A stretch of 64,000 bases of DNA, from positions 10,648,709 to 10,712,708 of the forward strand of contig CAJINV010000002.1 in NCBI GenBank assembly GCA_905178155.1, read 5' to 3'. Source of the stretch: Amoebophrya sp. A120. Taxonomy: Eukaryota > Protista > Dinoflagellata. The translations under genes and the position numbers were made by a program. Shown here piece by piece: positions 47,101-57,800 of this stretch. Every line of letters begins with the position of its first letter. The stretch's first letter is position 1. The notes beneath the pieces are model-generated. The model had not been told where the DNA came from. It ran no database searches and saw only the letters and a list, made by a program, of their open reading frames with translations.

Positions 47101-48400
47101 CTTCTGCGCCTTGCACTCGGACTTTCTCCGCGAAGCACGCGGCTAAATCTTCTTCCGCGCTGCAATCGTGCCACTCGTATTGGTCTGCTAGAACTGGTGG
47201 AAATGATGCACGACTGGTGTCGGAGCGGATTGCGCTTGAACTCGGACTAATATCCGACGCGTCTTTTTCTATTGCAACTGGCACTCCCTCTGGCCCCTCG
47301 GCCGCAGCGGAGTGCCCTTGCGCCAAGTCCAAAAGCGAAGTGCTGCTCTGTTCCAGCAGGAAACTCTCGGCGGGCTCTGCATCTTCCTGCTGTGACGGAA
47401 GCGATGAGAATGCAGCTGCTGCTTCGGATTTCTTTTCGCCCGCATGATGTTGACCCTCGGATACCACTTCAGAGTCATGCTCCGCGGGACGACGCGACAA
47501 CATGACGTCTGGCGAGGGCAACATGTCTTCGTCTTCCGCTTTATTTCGGTGCACATGTACTATATCTTTCGGCCTGCTTTTCACCATTTGCGCACCATCG
47601 TTCGCTGCACTACCTTTCCCCATGCCCATAGTTTGCTGCCTGGGAGGTGTCGCCGCCTGCGGCCATGAGGCGTTCGCTTTCGCGATTTCCTCCTGCCCCA
47701 TTTCTACGTCGTTCGAAACTAGACGCTGTCCGACGTCGTCATCTTGTGCTTTCTCTTTCTCCTCCTGTGCCGTTGCCGCGGCGACCAGGTCGTCGATCCA
47801 CCCGCGAGCTGGGAGTCCTCGCCGCACCGCTTCTGCACCTTCGCGCTTTCCTCCTGCCGACGCTGCGCCTTCAACGACCCCACCAGTTGCGATAGGCGAC
47901 CCCGCGTCCCTTCTCGGGGACCACTGTCCACTTGGGGACGCCGGGGGTTGTGTGCTACGGTCCCCGTCATCAGAAACCGTGTCATGGTCATGATCCTTCT
48001 GCAACTGCAAGTCCTTCAGCCACCACCAGCCCTTCGGATTCGCGAGGGGCACCATCTGCTCCGCGCTGTCGGGAAGCAGTTCGAAGTCGTTGTCGGGTGA
48101 AGCTCCCGCGCCCGCTGGTGAGGGAGTGCCAGAGAAGTTGCGCACGGGCAGTACCGTCGCACCCGTGGTTCCCCCGAGGCAGAAAAAAACCACCGCGCAC
48201 ACGACGGAAAAGAGCGCACACAAACCGCTCATGGCGAGGTAGAGAAAGTATTTCTTGTTCCGCTTCAGCGGGCTGGGAAACACGGTGGCACTGCACCGGT
48301 TGGTCGGTTTTTGAACCAAATTGCTCCCGTTCAGCGAAAAAACAACGGGACTTTGCTCAGCACATGAGGACGAGTATTCGGTCGAGTTGATGTCCAGCAT
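44168..48400 (-). CDS. TBC-domain (Rab-GAP) protein, 1410 aa, with an N-terminal hydrophobic segment
   Basis: Arg finger LELDILRT, Gln finger YTQGMTFL, IIRDVLSAY, EEEAYFWLL; single long ORF. Confidence 0.8.
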   Translation of the reverse strand: MLDINSTEYSSSCAEQSPVVFSLNGSNLVQKPTNRCSATVFPSPLKRNKKYFLYLAMSGLCALFSVVCAVVFFCLGGTTGATVLPVRNFSGTPSPAGAGASPDNDFELLPDSAEQMVPLANPKGWWWLKDLQLQKDHDHDTVSDDGDRSTQPPASPSGQWSPRRDAGSPIATGGVVEGAASAGGKREGAEAVRRGLPARGWIDDLVAAATAQEEKEKAQDDDVGQRLVSNDVEMGQEEIAKANASWPQAATPPRQQTMGMGKGSAANDGAQMVKSRPKDIVHVHRNKAEDEDMLPSPDVMLSRRPAEHDSEVVSEGQHHAGEKKSEAAAAFSSLPSQQEDAEPAESFLLEQSSTSLLDLAQGHSAAAEGPEGVPVAIEKDASDISPSSSAIRSDTSRASFPPVLADQYEWHDCSAEEDLAACFAEKVRVQGAEGGEQEAQEWSLPEDSDGINSTTNDPATLRGSDRSAGAGGSDLTTPPTLPFQLLTETDCDGSSPPRQTSFSSMETKSAAIRVDEGQGNNCDTTTDSTSEVPEEFFPGLRTTSAVGATQTNGTEEKYHTTNTKESSSLVANRTTNASSTATSEPSATKTTQRSTDVSPTRVPPEQREQTLEVRMSHPGLPPANQPQNQLARTPELVNAALENKPQTLLDEVRLFRLKQLYSPLDDPLTTTAEKASLHRRWLAKAILARKVFGPQLALQLMPRSRRNSLLTRVRNGSFATFPSEEIGKVYTRLMESVVWQRSINDKPDKSLSEEEVRIKKDIHLLELDILRTHLLQIKRSENSSASTCRGPTSTAGSASATDTKPAEGTATSCTGTTSSSSSVSTTTSDESSKKSTSSHLFHLTEREQTIIRDVLSAYMFLPAATSVPYTQGMTFLLHELVLSISFVEEEAYFWLLLYFLHSKKLTRAGDSGQYLVDQKWLLADEIVEDHSERSPKIRGTAPLAEHDFLLVDDSSSSQGSSANGAVAVHSSSSGTNTVGLHMRFLFTVPFDYSRKMFFASLVHAFPSRELVKGENADLLGVANGASDKIFQRSAVVDQEDFLPAADPPRLPVHDKIASFVQSTSLPASMEEVKRLQRGERASRSTENFAGSKGVPLPRSSNASIRKISPADTNSLDPRLSRSQMQALVDQRVRIFPRHRIFVDLVHTAASYWNVGVLGDELDLEKTMVSEQLTVVLSKIFFAQFTQLLPAPVVRLIFDESLRENAYEPSFVAATMAVFDLIYAKWVFPDKGGRIDHGQNGFSYAQNGYPRGSAAEDQISFFPEENQLRSDDPDLLALSMQEQLNLDSVTNQELREELQGIFRDPYAYLSDIPFATWRFAFFRARATVGNEIVDSAGFMDRFKNPPMRFVDSVATGLDIDRMLRSQGTRGGGDSPTSAAQQAASGIVSAGKNIFRSMDRFASSIGGLLHQP

Positions 48401-49339
48401 CGCAATAGAAGGGAGTCATTTTTTTTTACAAAAGTCAAAACTAATAAATTGCTTTGTTTATGATGTTGTGTGGTCTTGTTAATGAGAAAAGAAAAGCTAC
48501 GAAAAGCAAAAGCCCGAGCGCCGCCAATCGCTGCAAGTATGAAATGTCGACAAAATTTTGGTCGTTCCAAAGCTACCTACTTGAGCAACGCAGGACGATC
48601 CAATGCTTCTTCAGTAGGCAGACGCATGACGATGATCCGACCTCGCAGAGACATCCATATATGAGACTCGCCAACCAAGGACCAACAAGAACAAAAACAC
48701 CTAGTAACCGTGAATGGTTCTTGACCCTGATTACCGCCACTTGTCCTACAATCACTTCACCGCGAAAAGTCTGAAACATGCTCGGTCCTTTTCCAAAAAA
48801 ATCATTTCGAAATTCACACTTCATTACTGCTTTACTTACCAAAACAGTGTGTTGACCTGACGTGTCGTGCGCCTGGTGCACAAAAAATATTTTACACGAT
48901 GTTGAAGATGTTGGTGGTACTACTTCATTGATATGACAGCTACAGCACATAGAGAGGCCACAGCAATTCGTTCTTCCTTCAAAAATTCGTCAATACGCAA
49001 AACCAGAGCCCGCGAAGTACGGAGCAGCGCACCAGCACGCCTGTGTAGTTACTACCGGGCAGGTGCAACTAGAACAAGTCCGCGAAGAACAAGTGGCGCA
49101 CCCGCTACAACGCGTGCAGCCACGGGTCGCAGGCGAGGTCCCGGAACCCGAAACGCTTTTGCCAATCGCGGTCGAGCAATCCGGAAATCAGCCGGGCGAA
49201 ATCGCTGCCGCAGTATGCAATTAAATCATGCTCCCCTTCCCAAATTTGTCGCATAAAGACGGCGCTCCGTTGATGCAGTTGCGGTGCTGCAAATTAATCC
49301 TGCCGGGATCGGGGGGATCTTCACAACACATAAACCATC

Positions 49340-52115
49340 TTAATACCTGCTCCCGTAGGTTGAGATTTCTACAGCACTGCTTCTGTGCATGCTTGCATCG
49401 CCATCCGCTACACGCTTCCATGCGTAAGTACAGCAGCTCTTTTCTGCAACTTGAATGCGAGGGGCGCAAAAGCATGTTAAGTGCACATGCCATACACAGT
49501 TGTGCGTGTCCAGAAACTCCTCCAGGCCGATGGTCTCCCCATTCGCGGTCTGGGAGTGGACCAAGATTCGGCTGTTTTCTCGGTGATCGACCACGATTTC
49601 CCGAAAACGGTGCTTGGTCGAAAAGCCGCCGTTGCTCCCCAGAAACTTCATCTTGAACAACACCACTCCGCACGCGAACCAGTCCACTTTCCGGACGTCG
49701 ATCTTTGTCTGCTCCCGCACCTTCTTCCAGTGCAGCTCCGGCGGTCGATACTCGCGGGTCCCGAGCGGAATGCGGTCCGACCGCACCACTGCCTCATCGC
49801 CGAAGGGCAAGCTGTATGCTACGCAAAAGTACATCGCAGTTTTGGTTCTGCATCGATTACGAGTTTTAGCGCTCAGCCTTTGTAGAGCACAGTAAATTCC
49901 AATTATTTTTCACCATGTTGATTGTCATGCATTTTGAAGTCCGTGTTTTTGTATGGGAAAAATCCTTTGGACTTGCGATACAACTTCTACCTCTGCCAAG
50001 CATAAGCTGATGCCAAAGTCGATGATCTTCAGCAAGAAGGGTGGTTTCGCCGACCGGGCGTGCGAGAATATCTTCCAGTCGTGCTCGTGTTGCTGCGCGC
50101 ACGTCGCCGCGCTCGGTACGAATTCGGAGTTGTTGTTCAGCTTGTAACTCGTTTCCGCGGTACAAGTAGTAGCGATATTGCTTTTACTCGCCGTCGTATG
50201 GCTGGCACTCGTCGATCGGGGTGGCTCAGAAAATTCGGTTTGTTGTTCCTTCGAAAACCGGATGAGCTCCTCAATCATACGATTCTTTTCCCAGTAAACC
50301 TGTGGCACCTCCGCAAGCATCAGGTTCTCGAGCTTCAGATCCAGATGCGCGCACTATCAAGAACGAGACTAGTACACTCGTGACCACCTATGTATCTCCG
50401 TCGCATATTTCCTGTCAAAAGTACTTATCATTTTGGACAGAAATTCTGCATGAGTTCTCCAACAGCAACAACATAATCACGACAAACGTTTTCAGCGACA
50501 TAAGTTCTTGCGTCTGTCTTTGCATGATCGAAAGTAGACAAGCGTTATTTTCATCTGATGAAGCATTCATAGTCACGAGCGTCCTCATCTCCCAGGATAC
50601 AACCTTCAACGCGTCGTGGAGGTGATGCACTCCCCGGACAAGCTGGTTGAACAGTTCGCGCACGATGCTTTCCCCTGGGCCGTTGTTGGTCACAAGACTG
50701 GACTCTGATTGCTTTCTTTTCAGTCCTCTCTTCTGCCGCGTTTCGTCTGCTTTCGCAACCATCCTGAAGTCACCACTACTTCCAGCAACGCCGGGCTTGC
50801 CAGAATTTTCGCTGCCGTGCAGTTGGCTCTGGAAGAAAAGTCTATCCAAGTCTCGCACCTTGCACCGCTGCAGGATCCCGTCGAAGAAGACACTCAGGTC
50901 AAACTTCAGCAAACCCAGCGCGAGGTAGCGCTGTGAGCGGTGATCGAAGCTTCCGTAAAACGTCACGACGTTGGGATGCGGCCGTTGCTGGATCTTGCGC
51001 AACCGTATCCCGGGGGAGGACAAAACCCGTCTGAGTCGTTGGACAAAGAAACTGATTCTAGCCTTAATGCGCATCTTTCGCTTTTTTTGCAGAACATAGT
51101 CGCGATATGGCAGCTTATTTGCAAGCAGCTAGGGAGACTGGCTGTGAGGATTACACTGTGGCTGCAAAGTCCATTCAGACCTTCCCATGCAGATATGTAC
51201 GCGAAGCAGTGCAAGTAGTTCGAGTTCCTTGCTCCAACGCCCCGATCTCTATTTCTTTGCTGTCGCTTGCATAAGGATCTCCAGGTTCCTCTGTTCTAGC
51301 CGCTCGCTTTGCTGGGCGCGCGCGTCTACGGCTTGGGAAATGCCGGGGCTACGACTAGGTTGCAAATTTCGCGCTCCGGGCCTTTCTGCGGCTGCCCCGG
51401 CTGTCTTGTTGTGGCGATTTTCGGTTTGCAGTGCGGAAAGGATTTGCAGAACCACTCCGAAGCACCCGTCCTCGCAACTTGCTCGTGCCGATGGCACTCC
51501 GGCGGCCGAGGCGACAACATTTTCGATTACGGCACCCGCGGGGGCCGCGCTTTGTTCTTGCGCTGGTGCGGCTCGTGCGTCGCCTGCGATCCGTGTCGAA
51601 CCGCGCTCAGCTTCTATGGGTGCATTCCTTGTGGGCGAGAGCGGCTTTTCTTCGCCGGTGATCGCTCGCTGCGTGACCTTGATCGCAACCTCTTCAAAGT
51701 ACTTGTAGAAGTTTTTGCTTTGTCCGAGTAAGCTCGCGGGGCAGCTGGCGCGACGCGAGGTTCTGGCGGTCGGGCAGGGGCTGTGGCATCGGTGTTCCGG
51801 TCGACTGCGTTCCCGATGAATTTTTCGGGGGGTAGAAGAGGGTAACTCATGCAGAGGACGGTGGAAGCTCGCGAGGTCTTGGACCCCGAGCGTCCGGGAG
51901 GTCGCGTCCGATCCGCGCCGCCGCGTTGCAAGCCGCCGAAAGCCCAACAACACCTCAGCAAAGCCTCCTTCGCCGAGCTTCTTCCGGGCCAAGTTGCAAA
52001 ACGGTGGTGTTGTTGACGTCAGCAGAAGCGCCTTCGAAACCCCCCGCGTCTCGGGGCAAATCTTCAAGGCTGCTTCGGCCTCCCGAGCGGGTGGGAGCCG
52101 AGAGAGGTGTGCCAT
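49340..52115 (-). CDS. Ser/Thr protein kinase with large inter-subdomain insertions (multi-exon)
   Basis: Ordered motifs LGEGGFAEV, VAIKV, HPNVVTFYGSF, LFNQLVRGVHHLH, AHLDLKLENLML, LKIIDFG, GTREYRPPE, KVDWFACGVVLFKM. Confidence 0.85.
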
Positions 52116-53833
52116 GTTCGCGCCCGGGTCTACCGTCCGCTCTCTCCGCGCATCCGTTTTTTGTGACCAAGCCACGAGCTGCTGCGCAAAGTGTAATTAG
52201 ATTCTGGCCGATTTGAAAAGATTGGCGCCAACGCGCCACGTGTACAATTGGCCTCGTCGAGGCAAAGATATCGCACCCTACGCACCGATATCTTGGAATC
52301 TTAACCTACGCTCGACCGGCGGCACGCGCTCGCTGTACTTTGCGGGCGTGATCGTTCGGGTAGCATGCCTCGGCTGCGCCATCCATTCTCTCTCGGAATA
52401 ACTGCGTCGAAAATGTCTCTCCGCTCATTCAGCTCCGAACGCTGATCCGCCGAGTGGCCTCGAACTAGGAATGATATCATTGCGGCTCCTTGTGCGGCTG
52501 GGGAGGGGGCACGTCGAGCGCCCACCACCCTCTCCAGTAGCAAAGCACGAAAACAACAAGGAACGAGTGCGGTTTATGCTGGTCGGGCGGCGCCGGTCTT
52601 TCCGGCGGGAAGGGGGGCGCGGTACCCACTCGATAGTCCGGGCTGACTGCAGGCTCTCGGAGTCCCATATCCCCGAGTCCTTTTCTACACCCTAGCAAAA
52701 CTGAGCGCGCCAGGCGCGGCGGCACCCGCCGGCATGGAGGCACTTAGATGCGGGCACCCGCGGTTCGCGAAACCCCGAAGCGGGGTGCATCGCGCCTTCC
52801 TTGGCGCCCCCGGTCTACTCGCGCGCATGGGGTCGGGTAGGCCTTTTTAGGATCGGGGAGATGTTCTGAAGCACTTTCTGCGGGACCGGCCGCGTGCGTC
52901 GTCGCGCGGGATATGCCGTCTCCTTGTGGCGACTCTCGTCTCCGCGCGCGGGAGGCACGCTGCGCGCCCACGCGTTCGCCTCGTGGCGACTTCGAGCGCC
53001 GCCCTGTCCGCCGGCCGGCGGGGGGAGCCTGTCCGGGGGAGGGGGGGGGAAGGGTTCTCCGCACCCCGCCCCCCTTGCGCGGTGTTCGCGGCGTTTTTGT
53101 GCCTTTTCGCGGTGGCTTCCGGTGGTTCTTCCGCACCTGGGGCTACCCTATTAGGCTACTTAATGAGCGGTGATGGACCGCGGTCCCATTCCCCGGCACA
53201 GTCTTGATCTTGGGACCCCGTTTACAGATTTTGCCACAGATTTTGCCAGATATTCTAATGGGGTCCGACGTCTGAAAGCTACCCAGTAGCTTCTCTTGCT
53301 AATAAACAAATTCTCTTCTGATCAAGTATGTTTTCCAAAGAAAACACACTTAGTGCACCACGTAGAAAGGGTTCTTTTCTCAAAAAAGGAAGAACAACCT
53401 AGCAAAGTTCTCCTAGAAAGTGCGTACAGTGTGACTTTAACCACAAGGATTGCTTGTGAATTATCAGGGGTGAAGCGGAAGACTGAAACGAATCGCCTGG
53501 AAATGAACGCGAAAACGCCAAAATCGGAATGCCCTTCTGAAACGAATAACTTTTTTCAGAAATTCGAAACGTCGGACACCATGAAGTCCGACGCTTCGCA
53601 TTTCTGAAAAAAGTTATCCGTTTCGGCCGGGCTTCCGCGGGGCGAGTCGATTTGCAGTGCAGAATCGCACTGCAAATGGACTCGCAGCGACGCGTCTTGT
53701 CGGAGATGCAAATTCGCCCAGGAGGGCAGATCTGCGTCGCGTTTTCACCTTTTTTTAGTATTGGTTCAAATGGGGCCAATACTTTTCCGCAAGTACTGCC
53801 GGAGACAGTGGCCCCTCTGAGTGCCGGATTGCG

Positions 53834-53903
53834 AGTTGTTTCCCCAAAAGAACCAGTGGCTCTGGCAGTTGCCAGAGCCACTGGTTCTTTTGGGGAAACA
53901 ACT
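53834..53903. repeat. Perfect hairpin, 34-bp arms with a 2-nt loop
   Basis: AGTTGTTTCCCCAAAAGAACCAGTGGCTCTGGCA-GT-TGCCAGAGCCACTGGTTCTTTTGGGGAAACAACT. Confidence 0.95.
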
Positions 53904-54035
53904 GCCAGTCCTTTTAGGTGCCGGATCGAACAAGGCATTTCCGAGTAAAACTCGGAAACGCCTTCGATCCGGAACCTAAAGGAGCCAGGTAATACCACGC
54001 GCCCCCCAAGTGCAAACCTAGATCCCGCGCGAACA

Positions 54036-54900
54036 TGCGCCACAAATCAGCCCGAGAGCCGATTTGCACTGCAAGTTCGCACGGGACCGCCGCCCGCCGT
54101 CTGGACTTGCGTCGCAAATTTGCAGTGCTGCATTGCAAATTTGTAATGCAGCACTGCAGTTTTGCAATGCGGGGCCGCAGGTCGGGGCTTGCATTGCAAA
54201 TTTGCCATGCTGCTTTGCAAATTTGTGATGCAGCATTGCAAATTAGTACTGATTTGAAGCAGATCAATACTCCTCCGGCAGTGCAACCGTTTCCGGCTGC
54301 GTGGCCAGTTGCCCTCCCTGCTCATGCAACACAAATCAGCCCGAGAGCCGATTTGTACTGCAAGTTCGCACGGGATCGCCGCCCCCCGTCTGGACTTGAA
54401 TTGCAAATTTGCAATGCTGCATTGCAAATTTGAACTGAAGCATTGCAAGTTTGCAATACGGGGTCGCAGGTCTGGCCTTGCATTGCAAATTTGCCACGCT
54501 GCTTTGCTAATTTGTAAAGCAGTGCCGCAGATTAGTATTGATTTAAAGTAAATCAATACTCCTTCGGCAGTGCAACCGTTTCCGGCTGCTTGGCCAGTTG
54601 CCCTCCCTGCTCATGCAACACAAATCAGCCCGAGAGCCGATTTGTACTGCAAGTTCGCACGGGATCGCCACCCGCCGTCTGGGCTTGCATTGCAAATTTG
54701 CGATGCTGCGTTGCAAATTTGTACTGCAGCATTGCAAGTTTGCGACGCGGGGGCGCAGGTCTGGCCTTGCATTGCAAATTTGCCATGCTGCTTTGCAAAT
54801 TTGTAACGCAGCGCTGCAGATTAGTAATGATTTAAAGTAAATCAATACTCATCCGACAGGGCAACAGTTTCCGACTGCGTGACCAGTTGGCCTCCCTGCT
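54036..54900. repeat. Tandem repeat, three copies of a 289-bp unit rich in TTGCAAATTTG sub-repeats
   Basis: CACAAATCAGCCCGAGAGCCGATTTG at 54041, 54330 and 54619; one 27-bp palindromic site per unit. Confidence 0.92.
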
Positions 54901-54905
54901 GTGTT

Positions 54906-56831
54906 TGCGGCTAGAAATGCACTGCAGGGGCGCCCTCCGCTGGAGTTCCAGCCGAAGGCGTCCCCTTAGTGCAATTCTAGCTGGAGGGGCGCTGAGGATG
55001 CCTGCCCAATGCCTTTCCCGCTGGACGCGCAGACGGAAACGCCGGCGAAAAGCGTGCTAGTATTGACTTGCACTAAGTCAATACTGGAACACGCTTGACA
55101 TGTGGAAGGGCACGCCGGGCCTCTGGGCTTTCCAAGCAGTGCTGGCGGTGCCAACGCGATGGGGCCCCTGTCCCAATGGGTGCCACCAAGCAAGGAGGCG
55201 CTGCGCCCCCCGCCCCGCCAGGAGGCGAGGTCTGGCTACGTCGCCGCACTTGGGGATCTTGTGGCCCGGTGTCACTCCCTTGGGGCCCCTGTTCCAATGT
55301 TTCCCCCCTCCCCGAGCGGGCGCGCCAGGAGTGCCCTGCCGTGGGGGAGCCTTCATTGGGACAGGGGCCCCGCTGCGGTGAAACCGCCTTTCCGAGTGGC
55401 TTCAGGGTTTCCCAATTGGTGCAGGCGATCCGCAATGGGTGCTCCGAGGCTGGGGCCCGCTGCGTTCCCCCGCCCGCCCGCTGCCACATTGGGACAGGGG
55501 CCCCGTGGGATTGGCACCAAGGCGGCGAAGCAGGCGCGCACGCAGAACGAGAGGAACGCAAGCCAAAGTATTAAAAAAGCGCAGAGCAGTACTAAGGGCC
55601 ACAAGGAGCGCAGGCTCAAGGCTTATCGGCGCGGGCCGTGTCTCGCGCACGTCGGGCGCCTAGAAGGCCAGGCGCCGGCAGGGAGTAAACCCGCTGAAGC
55701 GTCTTGAGGTCGCGCGCCGGCAAGGGCGGCACATCAACGCCGCACGCCCACCGTGGTTCTGCGCCCCTTTTCCCATTCATTCGCCAAGGGGGGCGGAGGC
55801 GCCGCGAGTATTCCCTTCGCCTAGTTCAATACTTTTTCGCGCTTTGCCCTTTTTTCCTCCTTGCGCTCCGTTCTTGAGCCTGGCGAAGGGTCTGGCAAAC
55901 CTCGGGGCCGCTTCAAGATTCTGCAGCAGAGAAGCGGCCAAAAAAGTCCAGCCACGAAAAGTATTGAAATGCCGCAAACCAATACTACAAAACAGCGGGG
56001 CGCTAAAAAGCGGAAAGCACACAAACCCCAAAGGGCGCAAACAGCGTCGCCCGCCCGCTGCGAAGGATGGCGGCCTGCCTCCCTCCCTCATTCTGACTCT
56101 TTTCCCTTAAAAGCAGCCAAGCGGAAGGGCTTTCCGGGTATTGGGTTCCGTTATTCCAATACCCTTCCGGCCCTTTCCGGCTTTCTTTCCTTTTCGCCCT
56201 TCAGCCTGAAGGAAAATCTGGCGGATCCCGTGGCCGTTGACAAGTTGAAGAGCGAGAGCCCGCTAGCCGGGCGCTATGCGCGCCTCCGGGATGAAAAAAT
56301 CGCGTCTGCTGACGCAGGCACGCAAAGATGCAAAAAATGGAAGCCGTAGCGCAAAAAAACAGAGCGCGCCACGGAGGTGAAGAAATCACCTCCGTGCCGT
56401 GCTGTTTCGGGCGCTTCAATTGCGCAACGTGGACCCGGTGCCACCCGGTGCCATCCGGGTGGCACCGCCAACATAGCGACGTCTTTCGCTTCTGGGTGTC
56501 ACTGGGTTTTAAAATAAAATAAGAAGTGTGTATATATACTTCTTTTTTTTTTATCGCCGAGTGGCACCGGGCTCAGTCTGAATGCAGTACACCATGCGGA
56601 TTCGGATTGATTTTCGGGCGGTGCCAAGTTATGGCACCGCCTGCAACACAATCCGAACCCGCGCAAGTATTGAAAGAACTCAAGCCAGTAGTATAGGTCT
56701 AAGCTATTTCAATACTAGCCAGCGCGTTTTTACCTTGCGACACCATCGCGCCCCCAGCTAGAATCTCACTGAGAGGGCGTCCTCAGCTGGAAATCCAGCT
56801 GAGGACGCCTCGCCAGCGCACTTCTGGCCGC
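54906..56831. mobile_element. Putative ~1.9-kb non-autonomous foldback-like element bounded by diverged inverted repeats
   Basis: 54906-54992 aligns to the reverse complement of ~56748-56831; each arm is itself a hairpin and is followed inward by a GCTAGTATTGA site; no TSD or transposase found. Confidence 0.45.
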
Positions 56832-57079
56832 ACTTACTCCATGCCGCCCGGATTTGTGGCGCGCGCGCCACAAATCTGCGCTGCGCGGCAAAGATTTGTG
56901 CTGCGAAGGAAGCAGGCCACCAAGAGCGCAAAATTGCAGCCCAAGCGCAACCGTTGCGCTTGAGCTGCAATTTTGCGAGGTCTTCTGCGGCAGAAGACCG
57001 GTTTTCTGGCGCGCACTTTTTTCAAAAAAAAAAAAACTGTCCAGGTTATCCGTTTCTGTTACCCGTTTCACCCTGTGTC

Positions 57080-57800
57080 GCGGTTTTTATAATACTCAGC
57101 ATTTTCTCTATATGCAATAGACAATCATATGTAAAATCACGGAAAATTACCAGAATTCCTAACGGTCACGCTTTAGGAAAATTCTCGAAGATCTTTCTCA
57201 TAGTATAATTTGCAAGGTTTTTGCAAAGTTTACGCAAGGAATTGAGAATAATAAAGATGCAAGGGCATTCAGTATGCGTGAAGTTTTCAGTTTCCTGAAA
57301 ATTCTTTGAGGGTCAAAATTTTTGAAATTTTTAAGATTTTTTGAATGTAAGAAAAATATATAAAAATATCTGTCGGAGCGTACGTATTAGCATAGTATGA
57401 CTATATAGATCATAACCATACTACACCTTTTGGAATTTGTATAAGAATTTCTAGAAATTTTGGAGATTATAAGTTTTTCAAAATTTTTGATTTGTGAAAT
57501 TTTGCAACGATTTTATGCATTATTGCGAGCATTAAATTAAATTATTGGGAGCATTCAATAATAATCATGGAGACTTCAATTATATAATGTTGATCTAGTA
57601 AGTCTGGAAATTTTTAGGGATATGTGCACACTTTGGATTTTTTTCGGATTTTGAACCATACTGTTTTTTTTTCATTTTCATTGGGTTGGAGCATCTGAGA
57701 GCTTGTGATTTGGGTGCAAATAGCTCCCATCTTACCACAGTTCGTAACTATGCTCCTTTTCTTTCGCAGTATTATCATAAAATTTTACTGTTAGCCTCTA
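57080..57800. other. AT-rich low-complexity island in the strand-switch region
   Basis: Abrupt shift to A/T-run-rich sequence (e.g. AAAATTTTTTGAAATTTTTAAGATTTTTTG) between GC-rich blocks; no credible ORF. Confidence 0.6.

Larger units (their letters stand above)
53757..56716. repeat. Dispersed array of eleven 27-bp palindromic sites, consensus AGTATTG-N13-CAATACT
   Basis: Starts at 53757, 54245, 54534, 54823, 55059, 55567, 55807, 55960, 56137, 56666 and 56690; constant 27-bp length with variable centres. Confidence 0.8.

Noticed and set aside
53914-54845. ORFs with repeated LQICNAALQIC / ANLQC peptides
   Set aside because: Translations of the 289-bp tandem repeat on both strands; no consistent frame or coding evidence.
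53757-56716. CRISPR array interpretation of the palindromic repeats
   Set aside because: Repeat centres are not conserved, spacers are mostly 130-500 bp and irregular, no cas genes are present and the context is eukaryotic.
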